The notes under the pieces were generated by a model that had not been told where the DNA came from, ran no database searches, and worked only from the letters and a program-made list of their open reading frames with translations. From Sphagnum compactum (lineage: Eukaryota): a stretch of 64,000 bases of DNA. The stretch covers positions 8,794,213 to 8,858,212 of the forward strand of contig OZ234493.1 of NCBI GenBank assembly GCA_965153455.1. Direction: 5' to 3'. A program made the position numbers and the translations under genes. Of the stretch, positions 26,127 to 40,100 are shown piece after piece (positions within the stretch are counted from its first letter, which is position 1; each line of letters opens with the position of its first letter).

Positions 26127-26523
26127 AGTTAATCAAAAAGGTGTTATAAATAGGAGCGAAATTTCTTTGAATCTTTTCCTATGGCGGTCCATGGCCCATT
26201 CTCAAGACAATTTCAAAAAAAATAACTATCTCATTTTCAATCTTAATTTATTTTTTTGCTTAATAACTACTTTTTTTTATTAACTTTCTTAATAATTATC
26301 ACTTTTTTAATAACTACCTCCATTTTATAATTATTTCACTTTTTTCCCCTTATCCACCACCAAAGTGATTTTTGAAATCTTTGTTCTTCTAGCGTAAATT
26401 GGACTATTTTTTTTGTGATTTTTTGGAAATTTTGGTCAAAAATATACATCATAGTGGTGTGAATTTTATTTTTTCCCAAAATTTCAATACCAGTTAACAG
26501 CTTTGTATGATTGAAAGTTGATA

Positions 26524-26689
26524 CCCGTCGTTACCTTGGCCATTTCAACACATGTCCGTCGAATAATTAATTAATTAATTTTGAAATTTTCATTTCAACA
26601 AATGGAATATTCTTAAAATATTTGCTATCATCCTTCAACAAAAAAAAATTTTGATTTGGAAGAAATAATTTTTTTTGAAATTTTCAACA
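26524..26689. mobile_element. Third, truncated copy of the same MITE (reverse orientation)
   Basis: Begins ccgtcgttaccttggccatttcaacacatgtccgtcgaataat, which is the TIR. It continues homologous to the other two copies up to gaaattttcaaca; the second TIR is missing. Confidence 0.72.
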
Positions 26690-26999
26690 ATTTGCTTAAC
26701 ATGTTCCTACATGTTTGCTTAACATACTTACCCACTTACCTAGTAGTTTAGTAGTTTAAGGGGGGAAGTAAGAAGGTTTACAAGATTTGTTACCATGGTG
26801 GAAAGCTTGGAAGCTTGGTTGTGGTTCATTTGCAACTAAGTCATAATAAGTTTCAATGGATGGTGCAACAATGGGTGTTAATAGCTTCTTGAGTGGGGGG
26901 GGGGGGGGACGGGACATTAAGTCCCTTAGCAATGGCGAAAAATAAAAATGATGAAACAAAATAATAGTTGAGATCACATCTCATTGTCGAGCTTGCAAA

Positions 27000-29340
27000 T
27001 TCAAAATGAATAAATTTGTTTGGCAAAAATTAGGATTCCGACCAAGTCCAATATGCAATTGATGAAAGGGTCTTGATGTTTTGTAATTATGACATCATTG
27101 CATGCAAAGGACATCATTGAACATTATCAAAACATCTATGATAGTCAATGACAAGTTTGCATGGTCATAATCGAAAGCAAAAACACGTAAAAAATTTGTT
27201 TCAAAAGATAGCAACAACTCTGTTGCTTGTTTCTCCATTTATTGGAAGACCTAATGATAGGGAAGAAGTAAAAGTTTGCAACAATTTCGTACAAGGTGCA
27301 AAGTCACATCAATGAATTTCATCTTGTTGATTGTGCTCCAAGATTTGCAAGGTCTCTAGAAACAAAATGGGCATCATCAAGCATGATGTTGCCAAGTTCA
27401 TAGGAAATTACACTATTGTTTTTGTTATTTGTGAATCAAGGATAGGGAATCAATATACATCTCGTAAAATTCTTGATCTGTACAATGGGAAGCAACCAGA
27501 AAGTAACATCATTGTTGCCCAAGTTCATGCCAGCATGGATATGGTGATAGCCACTTTGGAAAGGACTGCCATCACATGAAACTAAAATATGATGGACTTA
27601 TTTTCCATGCCCAATGATTAGCTATGATCACGTGAGGCACAAGAATCTTTCATTTCTAAAAGCAAGTGAAAGTACAACTACTTTGAATTCACCTCAAATT
27701 CAAACATAGCAATGCACAAACTAACATTGTGATACCTCAAATAACTGAAACAACAAAAGGTTCCACCCTTGCTACAAGTAATACAACAATCATAGAAATT
27801 GGGCAAGAACTAAGTAATCAAAATCTCATAGATTTTGTAAACTAAATTGCATAATTTTAAAAAATAAAAAATGTTAAACACAACAAAATGCAAAATTTGT
27901 GTGAAATACAAAACGATCAAAGATGAGTGAATCCTTTCACTATTCAAAGGTGATCAATTATATCATTCTTTAAATTGTAATATGCATGTTGGTTCTCAAT
28001 TTTTTATGAACCTTAAACACATTTTGCAAATATTAACCCCACCTCATTTGAATGTCATTGGGCACTTCAATGGTTAGCTCCAAGACCTTGCCCTACTCAA
28101 CTTTGATTACCATGTTGTGTAATATGACACATGCGATCACTACATTTGCAATCACACTAGGATCCCACCACCAACAAGGATTGGCCACAACTTATCATTT
28201 CAATTGCAAGACACCATAATAATGATCAACATCTTACAAGCTACCTCTTGCAATTTGGAAAAACGTTGCTTTTCTTTTCCTTTTGACTCGTGGATGGTAG
28301 ATATGAAACATGACCACAAGGGATAAATGCCATTGACAAGCAAGTAGTAATGCAAATGAACATGCAAATTGCCATTCAATTCAAAATTGAAGCCAAAACC
28401 TACACCCCCCCCCAACAAATCCCATATCAATAGGTTCATGTCTAGAATATTCAATTATTGTTACCTTTTAACAATCTAAGATCAAAGATCCCCCCAATAT
28501 TATTTATTTGTCCCCATCTCTGTTTATAAATGAACCTTACCAAACAACTAGATTATCTTTCCAACTATAGTGCATATTGTCCAATGAAACAAATATAGGC
28601 TACCAACTTTTTTCTACGTTCATTTTCATATGTTTTTCCAAATCTACTTGCCGGAATTGCCTAAAGAATGTAGGTTCAACTTCCTTAATAACTATCACAA
28701 AATATTTGAGACATTTGAATGGTGTTTTTTATTTTATTTTACAATATTCATTGCATGCATCACTAACTTGAACATATGCAAACATGCACAATGCACTTGT
28801 GCATTTATGAATGGAGTTCAACCATACAACACCACATTACATCTTTCTTTTGCATGAAATAATTGTTATGTACACAAATGTTTTCTATGATTTGGAAAAA
28901 TAATGGGAGACACATTCAATGTTGACAATGGAAAAAAAAATCGTCATAGATCATATGTTATGTGATAGTTTTACAAAAAAATCAACAATTGTTAACCTTG
29001 TGCTTTCGAACTACATTTGATCTACAACCTTAGAGGGATCCCCCATACTACTTTCTTGTCCACTTTTGAAAATTTGGTACCTGCAATGACAATGCAACAA
29101 ACACAAAATCAATTGAAGCTTCATCTTCAAGTGCATGCATAATCCCATCAAGTAATTATTGCCACCATCTCATCATCTTGTTGTAAAGGAAACAAGTTGT
29201 GAAACAAGCTTGATAACAAGCTTATAGAGAATGTCACACTACAAATATTACTAAAATTCTTGGTTTTTCAAACAATTCAAGTTGAGTATGTAGTCCTTCT
29301 TAGCCAATGGACACTTACATTTTGACTAAAGATCCAAAGA
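27000..29340. mobile_element. Decayed PIF/Harbinger DNA transposon (convergent Myb/SANT-like ORF on + and DDE transposase on -)
   Basis: Minus strand ~28830-28545 reads with disruptions 'HKCTSAL-MFAY..SDACNEYCKI...CLKYFVIVI...SLDNMHYSWK'. ~28350-28235 reads 'YYLLVNGIYPLWSCFISTIHESKGKEKQRFSKLQE' and ~28000-27945 reads 'IENQHAYYNLKNDIIDHL'. These resemble plant Harbinger transposase motifs (S.DCMHW.WK; YYLADGIYP.W..F...QE). Plus strand ~27365-27450 'KMGIIKHDVAKFIGNY..V...ES' resembles the Harbinger Myb-like ORF. Many stops and frameshifts; boundaries approximate. Confidence 0.8.
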
Positions 29341-29424
29341 TTGAATGCATGTGTATTTTCAATTGGTCAACTTGACTAAAATGATTTATTTGATTATGCG
29401 TTCCAATCAAATTGAATAAAAAAA

Positions 29425-29615
29425 TAATCACCTTAGTCAAAATGGTCAATGACTTTTAATCAAATGGAACATATAGTCAAGTTGAACAAAAGCAAATGAC
29501 ACCTTTAGTCAAGATGGGCAATGATTTTCTGATCAAGTGGACATCCATTCAAGTTGGACAAAAAAAATGACATCTTTAGTCAAAATGGCCAATGATATTC
29601 TAATCAAATGGGATA
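29425..29615. repeat. Degenerate tandem repeat (~72 bp x ~2.6) next to the Harbinger remnant
   Basis: ttagtcaaRatggNcaatga...tRatcaaRtgg recurs at ~29433, ~29505 and ~29576. Confidence 0.7.
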
Positions 29616-29659
29616 TCCTATGTTAACTAATAAGCCAAGCTATGTCGGAAGGAGGTAGC

Positions 29660-30330
29660 CTAGGCTAACCTACCTACTACTTACCTCATACCTCCTACTT
29701 AAAATTTACCATCTTAGTTCCCACCCACCATCCTACAACCTACCTACCTCCTATGTCCTATAACCTACCTATCTAACCTACTTATTTGTCGTCCTACAAA
29801 CTACTTGACTAGGCCTACCTACTCCAACCCACCTACTTATAATAATTGAACTTCTTACTTACCTACATGTACATATCTATGGCCTACTTCCTACCTTCCA
29901 CCTACCATGTCCTACAACATACATGTACCATCCTACAACATATTTAAGTTTACCTATCTCCTTGCTACCTACCTCCAACCTTCTTAGTTGTAATTACTTA
30001 ACATTCCTAGATACCTATGTACTTACCTTTTACCTCCTACCTACCATCATGTAACATACCTACCTACTAATTTCTTAACATTCTTACTTATTTACATAAA
30101 CTTACTATATTTGACAAAAAGTCAAATAAAAAACTTGGCAAAAACATTATCATATGAAAATGTGATCCATTAATAAGAATTTAGTTTATTATTGTGGAAG
30201 TGAAGGTTTCAATTCCTAATACTTGCAACCTATATGCATGGCTAAATATGATTGGTTAAGTAGGTTAGGTAGGCTAGGCTACCACCTACCTATGTACGTT
30301 TTTATTACCTACCTATACCCACCTACCACA
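29660..30330. repeat. Degenerate (TACC)n-rich low-complexity tract
   Basis: Dense acctacct/tacctac motifs. Purer (TACC)n or (GGTA)n runs also occur at 9655-9680 and 62015-62128. Confidence 0.8.
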
Positions 30331-30479
30331 ATTTAATATTAGTTTCTAAAGAAATGATTTTGTTTGGGCAAACATATGGCAATCAAAACGACCATATTTG
30401 TAGGAATGCTTGGGAAGTAGCAATTCCCCTAAGGTTGCTATAATTGTATTGATAAAAAACTTGTTTAGAATTATAAAAT

Positions 30480-31150
30480 TATAAACAAACAGTGAAGGTG
30501 AATTAGGAGCTAATAAAATTTAAAATGGCATACCTTTAAGACCATATGGTAATTGCAAGTTTTGTGGGAGAAATACCATCACCATTGGCATTTAACACTT
30601 GGTTATCACACCTAAATCAAATAATGCGGGGAGACCAAATCACCTTCAATAGCTTGTTGGCGAAAGGTTTTTTCTTATTGAAAATTGATGGTTTGGGCAT
30701 GATCCAAAAAATACTCATTTTAACACCTTAATGTCATTCCTTAATGCAATGTAATAGATCATGTCAAAACCAATTGGGGTATGTGTTTTCTTAAAGGTGG
30801 GTACCAAGCTTCATCCTTGATTGTCTGAAAAGAATGAAGGTTTTGACATGGGTCACTATCCAAAAACTCCTAGCATAATTCATAATTATAGGTTAGGAAA
30901 TTGCATCAAACTTGGGCAATCTTTTGGGCTTTAACAAAACTTTTACACAAACATCAAATTAGCATTTTTTTGTAGCCCTAGAAGCTCGTGAAGGATGGGG
31001 GACATCTTTTGGTGTGGTGAATGAGATCACAAATGAAACAATTTTTTTTATAATTGATTACAACTACTTGCCAAGTAGGTGTTGGATTTGTCTTGAACCA
31101 TCACATCGCATTAAAGAATGTTCGTCTTTCATCGCATTGAAACATGGTTG
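30480..31150 (+). mobile_element. LINE (L1-type) ORF1 remnant
   Basis: 'VIASFVGEIPSPLAFNTWL...LAKGFFLLKI' resembles the plant LINE ORF1 N-terminal (DUF4283-like) region. After a disrupted W.P.F.P / WVTI..L stretch comes 'IDYNYLPSRCWICLEPSHRIKEC', a CX2CX4HX4C zinc knuckle. Interrupted by stops; no ORF2 recognised. Confidence 0.75.
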
Positions 31151-34100
31151 GACCCCTTTGTCTTCAACTTTTGCCAAATACCAACATTTAGTCTTGGACT
31201 TTGAAACAATCATGCCACTAACAATTGTTATTGGAGACAATGTTAAGTAATTAATAAATTTAGCACATTAATACACTAACAAAGACACAAACACATTAGA
31301 GTATCAAATAAAGACACACAAGTTTATACAATAAAAGGGATTTTTAAAAGAATGACATTATACAACATGTTGTTGGCATAATTATCAAATGAAAGGTAAG
31401 GCAAAGTTGTACAACCAAAGCCTATTAAATTTCCCAAAGTATCATTTTTTAGTTATAGTGTGTTATTTGTGCTACAAAAAATATTTTAAAATAAAATTTG
31501 ATACAATAATGTGCATGATGTAAAATGTAACATGGTTATGAAACTGCAACTAGAACATCAATTCAAAATGGGTGAAAAAAACATGGATTCAAAATAGGTG
31601 GAAGAAATAATAAACCAAGAAAATGATGAAAAAGATGGGGGAAAGAAAGTCAAACACTTGGGACTTAGGAACTAACACAAACGTCAACTTTAGAAGTGCT
31701 CACAAATTGACTTGCCTACTAGGATGGTGATGATGAGGAGCTTATCAACTTTTAACTTGTTCTTTATGGGCCAACTTAAGGGTTTGAAAAGGTGTTGTTT
31801 GATCTATGTTAAATTCATCCTCAAGCTATAACAAAAAACAATGATCATGTTTTGTAGGTATAATGTTGATTGTCCACAAAATAAAACCAAATTTAAATCC
31901 AACTTCAAGTGCACTTGGCTGTGAAATACAACATAATCAAATAAATCCAAATTGTAAGAACAATAAATTCAAAACTTATATTTGAAAATGAAAACACATC
32001 CAAATTGAAGAAAACTTCTAATTACACCCAAAAATAAAAGAGGAATGAAGGAAGGCCTCACAAACAAAACCTTTTCCACTTGTAGAAAACATTGATGAAG
32101 GTAATGTTTTCTTGAATCATCAAAATTGCCACTTCCAACCCCCTTAAAAACACCCACATAATTTTATGGCAATGAAACCTACTTGTTTCACAATTGTAGA
32201 CTACATGTGTGACAATCCTCCAATTGTATAAATAGCCCTAAAAAGCAAACAATTGGAAATGAAGGACAATGAATGGAAGGGTTTGTTGTTGACTTAAAGG
32301 AAAATTTATGGCATAAACCATGACCAAAATTTGAAGACTCCTACTAGAATGACTATATGTTGTGATTGAAAGAAGAACAAATTAAGGCAATGTGCCATGG
32401 CCAATTATCCAAAGGAAATAATGTGTAACCAAAAAATAGAAGTTGCCAACATGTTTGAAAAGTTGGTGAGGAAAATAGAACCATAAATTGTACAAGAAGT
32501 TACAAAATTATATCCCCATAATTATGAAAACATCTTGTTGCACATTGGAGCATTGAAATTAGTGACTAAATGGGCAAATGACTATATGTGCAACAAGGAA
32601 GGGGGATTTAGAGTGATTATTAAGATTTGGAAGTGCACCCAATTTGATTGCAAAAATTGGGTTCAAGGCTTTATGCACCAAAGTATCTATAAGGAACTTA
32701 AATTTATAATAGAATAATAGAAAAACATCATAACTTATAAGCTTTGCTTGGCACATTTGCTTTTTTTTTCCTCATTATTTGCCATTTTCATTCCATTATG
32801 ATTTTGTGACATTGATTTATGAAATTGACTAACAAATTCACACATGAGCTTGAGCTAGTTTTGATGTTGGAACAAAATTTAACCTACCTTATATTTAACA
32901 ACCTTAGGTGATCTTTACATGCTAAGGGCATCCCAATGGCAATATGTGAACATCAAAATTGTTTCAAATTCATTTACAAAATGCAAATTCTTGACATTAT
33001 AACATACACGCGTATTACAATACCACCAAGTACATAAGTGCTAGGAGAAATTTGACGCACCAAATATGTGACCACCTACTTATGACATTCGACTTTAATG
33101 AAAAAACACCGTTATAATGACAAGCCAATATCAAGAAAACTTACTTGCTTGATAATACCTTACACTGAGTTTCAAACATCTTATTTCAAATCATGTAAGA
33201 CAATATCAAGCCTCTAAACTCGAATCATGTAAAATGTTATTTCTAGGATGCAATTTACAAAATGAGACTCAGTCATACTAATTAGATTTTGAAACTTGTT
33301 TTATGAGCATTTTCTCATGATGTGCTATTGTAACCTTGGGTGTTTCAACCTTTTCATCCAAGCAAAAGAAAAGAGGGAAAACAAGTATATTGTGGGCTTG
33401 AATGAAACAAAAGGGGACTCATTAAGGGGAGAGGGTTTAAGGTGACATTACCCAAAATAATGCAACAACACAAGTCTTTACAATTTTACTAGAAACAAGT
33501 CTACAATCCCTTTGACAACCATAATGGACCACAAAATATTTTGATCCATTAAGATCCCTTGAGAACCATTCATACTTCCTTTCTTCCTATGAAAGAACTC
33601 ACCAAAGGATAACCTAGCAACCCTATTGCATAACGCAAAAGAAAAAAAATGGACATACCTAAGAAAAATTAAATTGTTCAAATGACCGCTGCACAAAACC
33701 CCAATCACAAGGATTCAACTTTTGCTTGGAATGTTATTCTTTTATCACATTTTATCCACTATGTGTAGGTATATATTGATTCAAGAACACATGAATCTTG
33801 CATATCATTCAACATTTCAACTTCATCATTCATGAACCTACAACACGTTAAACCTAAGCAATTAGAATCCAATTGAATTTTAAAGCATTCGTGACACCTA
33901 AATTGAAGGACCCTTTACACATTCAATGGAATTACCATAAATGAACCTTGCCATATTTATAGGCCTCGAATGTTGCTTGTTGGCCCTTCCCCATTTAAAT
34001 TCTTTTGTAAAAAATGGTTTGGTAACATTATGTTGATTAAAGTTGGGCTACTTGCAACAAACCCTATGCTTTCAATGAAATGTTAATGACTAGAAAAAGT

Positions 34101-37100
34101 TAAAGACCATAAAAACTTGTGAACAAAAAATTAAGGAAGATAATCTCCTTGCTAATGAAAATTGGTACAAAAGGAAGACGTGATTTGGATTTGATGAAAG
34201 TGGGTTTGCTTCCTTTGATGTAGATGTCACCATCATAAGGAACAATGATAAAATTCAAACACATGGTGCAAAAGTTGTGAACTTTTAAATTCTATCCTTA
34301 CATTTTTGGTTATTTTTTCATTTGTTCCCCCCTTTTCAGGATTTGCTCACCATTGTTGGATTTTTCATTTGTGGCAAAAATTTGCATTAAAAAAATGCTA
34401 CTCAAAAGCGCCCAATTTGTTTCATCTAGGTTTAGCAAGAATGGAAAGGTTTTTTTCATGTTCTCAATGTGTTTCCCAAGATGTTCCCAATATCACCACA
34501 CTTTTATCCCGTATGATAAATAGCCAAAGTTGAACTTTCACATATATAAACTTATAAGGGGGAAACAAACCCCTCTATTGCCCAATGTTTCAAAAAAATT
34601 GTGAATTGAAATGTCTCCTTAGAAACAAAAAATAAACTTAGTTGCACCCCTCAATAATTAATAAGAAGGATGAATTTGTTGTAAAACTTTATATCCATAC
34701 AATTTTTAACATTGAGGAATGTGTAATGTGTACCATACATGAGACTGGACTTGATTTATAAACTAGGTCTAGAGGTTTTTGAATTTAAAAACAATGAGCT
34801 AGAATTAAAATCCAAGAATTTAGAAATTGTAAAAACCAAGCTCAAACCCTCAATAGAAGGAGCTCTAAATAAACTTTTACAATACCACACTTACATTTGT
34901 TATTGCTCAAAATTGGACATTATATGAGAAATAGAATTGTACAATCACAAGTGGCCATTGGTAAAAAAATTGAACCCTACAACATACTTAAAGAATTAGA
35001 ACATCCTTAAAAAAAGGTTCCACAAGGTGTTGGGTCTAGTTTAGGTTTAGTCTCAAAGAAAAGTCCAATTCCCAATCAAGTTCCATTTGATGAATCTCTA
35101 GAACATGGAAAACACCTTTGTAAACGTAAATTCAAGTTTTTTGCAAAATAGGTGGGCTGGGGATCATTTAAAATAGGGTGTACCAAAATTTGGCTACAGG
35201 TTAAAAAGGCGATTTCAAATTTCTAGGATTATTTTTTGTGCTTTAGCAACAAGAAAGAAGGCAATGTCTAAGTATGGTGAATTGAAAGGTTTTTTTGTCT
35301 CAAAATATGATAGTTTTGGTGATTTTAATTCACATAATCCTCTAAAGCCTAGGCAGCCCCCTTTATTTTGTCATGAAATGATTTTTTTTTCCCAAAAATA
35401 TCACTTGGTGCTTGTCAGCCATATGTAGTTTATTATTAGTTTTCGGTTGAAAATTCAAAATATTTAAAACTTGTTGACCTCTGTTCCAAAAATAATCCAA
35501 GAATTAATTTTTGGGTCATTTGAATATTGGAATATGCCTCCTTATATTATTAGACCTACAACTAATTTTTGGTAGATTTTGGCTAAATATTTATTTATTT
35601 TCTAAAATGAGTTTGATAATTTCAATTTCCCAAAATTTCAACAATTGAGGAACAAATATGTAAAATACACCTAAAATTGTGTATTTGTAACAGCAAAAGG
35701 TTGAGACATTACACAAGTCGAGAGTTCAATTTTCAACAATTTCAACATGGCAAAACCTTGTGAGAATTATTTTGTGTCGAACATTGGTCATAGGTATGAT
35801 CTATCAAAAGTAAAATAAAATTCATGAAGCAATAAAGGGAATAAATTAAAAGACTAAATTAACCCCAATTCTATCCCATTCACACAAAAAGGGTAAAACT
35901 TCACTTGGCATTGGTTGGGGTTAAAAGTCCTTTAGGGTCAAATGTGCTACCTAATATATTAACCCTAAGAATGAATATGTTCATTTTCCCTAGATTTGGG
36001 ATCAAGTTAAGGTGGAATAAAAAGGTTAACTTGACCCCTTGATTTCAAAAGTTTAGAATATTCCCTTTCATGTTCCCAATAACTTTTAATGTCGTTATTT
36101 CTTTCAAGGGAAAGAGCACTCAAAATGGTGGGAGACATTGAGGATTTTTTGGGGCAACCTGAATAATTTTTTTCTAAATCTCCCAAAAACATTTAGGCAC
36201 CTTGGAAACATTTTTCCATGTTGCCTAAGATTTTTGGCATTTAATGAAAACCCTTTCAACTTTCAATATCTACTTAAAATTATCTGACACATAAAAATTC
36301 AGAAATTACCCAAATTATTTTTAGCATTCCGATTTTTCCAAAATGCCCAAAAAATTTGGGCATAAGTGAAATAAAATCAACCTTCATTAGGCAACATGAA
36401 TATCTCAAAATTGGCCAAAAATTTACCAACATGAGGATTTTGAAAAGTGCAAAATTTTTGGGTGCAATTGAGATTTTTCAACCTTTATAATATGTTAATA
36501 ATTATTGGGCAACATGAAATTCTCAATTTTGCCCACAAGTTTTTGAACATCTTGGAAATTTTTTATCAAAAATTCTCCAAACTACCATTTTGGGTGGCAT
36601 TAATAATACATTTTACACTAAACCTCAATTTATTGGAACATTTATAATATTACTGTGCATTCCATATTGTCCATATCAACCTAATTGAACTTTTTTGGCA
36701 AATGCAAGACAAGGTGAATTTAGTTATTTATTTAACATTAAAAATTCATATTTGGTTTATTATTTATGTAGAATTATGTGTAAAGGTTTTTATAAATCAA
36801 TATTTTCTCAATAAGATTTACACATCGATACTTTATCAATAAGATTCACAATTTTTATAGTATCAAGAAATTGTTTAATATATGATTAAGATGCATAAAA
36901 ATTTGATGTTCAAACGATATCTTTGACAACAATAACAAATGTATTGTGAAGTATTTCTATATATATATATATTTCATAATATATTTATTGTTAAATTTCC
37001 TTTCATCATTATTTTTACACCTCTTATTAAACTTTGATCATTTGTGATTAAAAAAATCATTGGTGCAATTTCTTTACATTTATTTTTAATGTTCTTCAAA

Positions 37101-40100
37101 TGTATTTTCCACCATGTCATTTTGGCAAATTTGAATCACATTATGATTTGTTTTGTCAAATGTTGGACAAATATTAATTTTGTTACAATTTCATTTTTTT
37201 CACAATCAACATGTTTTAAATGTGAATTCATTTATGTCGTATTCAAACCTAAATGTGGAATTTCATGAATAAATGTAAATGCAATTTATTTTATTGTCCA
37301 TTAAGGATGAGTTTTTGTAATTTGTGATAATGCATTATCTAAATGGAAAGTCTAAGTAAATTGTTTTTGTTTTGTAGAATTTTTTTTTTTTGGTTCACCA
37401 TTTGTGTCCATAGCACATGTACGATTTTTTTGGGTGTCATTATCTACATCATTTGTAAAAATATCCATGTTATTTGAAACATTATCAAATAAGTCTACAA
37501 GTTCAAATTGATTATTTCATAGTATTTCCATTTTCATCTCCTACTTTCGTCATTATTTCACCTTATTTTTATTCCATACAAGAATTGAACATTGTAAATA
37601 TTTTGATACCCAGTATATTGCTATCTCCCCCACAACCCACCGTCTTTGCAAAATTTGACACTTGTTGGATTTAATTTTTTTCATCATTCATTTGCCCATG
37701 TTCCAAGTCATGTAAGGATTCACAATTTGATTCACACGTACGACATTATAATGCTTCCAAAACACCAAGTTATAAACAATTCCACAAATATTCCATATTA
37801 CTTCTATGAATTTCTTTTGATTTCATTGAATAAGTTTACAAGTATGTTATAACATCAAACAAACAAAGACCAACATTGTATTTAAAATTCGTGATTTGTC
37901 CCAAACAAAACTCATTCAATTTCATATTTATATGCATAATATATGTATCTTACCAATTTTAAATCATATACTAGTTTTAATATTAAAATGTTGTTTTTTG
38001 TTTGCAAAGGTTATTTAAATATAAAAATACTTGTCGTTCTTGTTTTAAAATGTTCCATTTTTGGTAAAATTATTAATTTTCTACAAAATTTTGGAACACT
38101 AAATTGATTATTGAATTTCAACTATTTTCAAGTGAAATTTTAAATTCAAGTATGATATTAAAAACTCCAAATTTTATTGCAATACCATAATAATGTTATG
38201 ATTTTTTACTTTAAAAAAATATTGGCACAAAATATTCCACAATTAAAAAATAATGTCCATGTTCAACTTTATGGCAATATTTTCAAAACACCAAATTTAA
38301 AATGTACTTTTTTGAAAATATTATATTTATATTTAAATAAATATTTAGAACACACAAAATCTAATATAAAAGAATTAATTATTGTAAAATCAACATGTAT
38401 ATTTTGGTTAATTGATGTTAATATCAATTGAACTATATTTTAAAGTATGAAAATTTACAAATTTTTGATGCAACAATGTAAGAATTACCCAATAAACACA
38501 TCATTCATCCTTAACCAAAAAATTTAAAATTTTGTCCAAGACCAAAACATATTTAGTTCAAGTCTAAAAATGTTTAGTCCAATTCAAATCAAAACCAAAA
38601 ATTAGTGTCTTCATATTTCATACACAAAAAATATGTACAAAAAAAAACATGTACATAAATCAAACTTCAGTAAGTCTCATATTTATCAAAACCAAATAGT
38701 CGCAAGCAATTGTAAATGTAATGGTCACATATTAGTTTTTTTTTTTTTAGTGATGGGCCTCCACTCCCATGCAATTTTGTTTCGCATGCAAAGTTTTTGC
38801 AAAATGTAATCATCCATTACAATGCTTACAGTTATAACATATATTAATGCATTCATGACCCATTTAGGCAAATAAAAAATTTGAATATGTGTTTTTCAAA
38901 AACAAATGACCATTGCCACAAACATAATAATTGTGTTTTTCTATTTGACAAATGACCATCACCATAGTAATGCTTGTGTTTTTCAAAAAAAAAACTTATC
39001 ACTTCCTTGAAATGTTTAACTAAAAACCACATACAAGGATAAAAAAAAGGAATTCAAAGAAGGTTTTAATGTGGATCTTGTGTTGCTAGTCCTTTAAAAA
39101 ATTCAAGAAAAACAACATATGTTGCTGCACAAATAAAATAAAAAAATAGAAAAATATTGGATCCAAAGATGTAAATGCAAGGGCGAAGTTGGCTAGAGAA
39201 TTCATTGTTCATCATCATCATAAAATGCGTATTGCACGCAAGCACTTGCACAACACTCAATGAAAATCAAATTAATTATGCACCAACATGCATGGTACAA
39301 AAAAAATTCATCACAACACAAAATGATAATTAATGTTGTACCACAACAAATACAATGGTAGTTGTTCCCAACTTTAGTAGCTTTGCAATGCATACATAAG
39401 TTTCTTCCTCACATGCATTCAACCAACATTATAAATTAGCAAATGACAATATGAGATTTTGATTTACAATGGGTTTTCTATTTTCAATATACATTCTTTG
39501 ATGTAAATGTTGTATTGTTGATGTGGTCATATTGGAAAGTTATTTTTAAATAATAATTAAGGCCTCATGAAACCAAGTGTTAGTTGCATCTTTAATTTTT
39601 TTTAATGTCAAATTTATCTTTGTGTCTCTTACTCCTTGCTACCAACCAATAACTTGCCATCAATGGAATTACCACCCAATCTCCTAAGTTGTTCCATAGT
39701 TGTGATTGGGTTTGATATGAGTACCAATTGGTAGGTTAATAATGCACCTTAGGGTTAACACACATGTTCATTTCTTCCATCATTCTACTATTATCATCTT
39801 CAACTCAGTGTGTGTTTAAGTTTTTCATGCAAACATTGTATTTGCTTCAATGGTGAGAAGTACATTTGATGTTGTTGGAACAAATCCTCCATTTTTTTAT
39901 AAAGAACATATTCCAAACTTGAACTTGCATTTGATGATTGTTACAAGTATCATTCGTACCTATTGTATTTCAAGCAATCTATTTCATGCAATGGATTAAA
40001 ACTCCATGGAGTATGAAATGGTTTAATCATGATTTTTGTTAAATGTATATGATGTGATGATTGTTGGATACAACATTTCAAACATATTTGATGTGAGATA

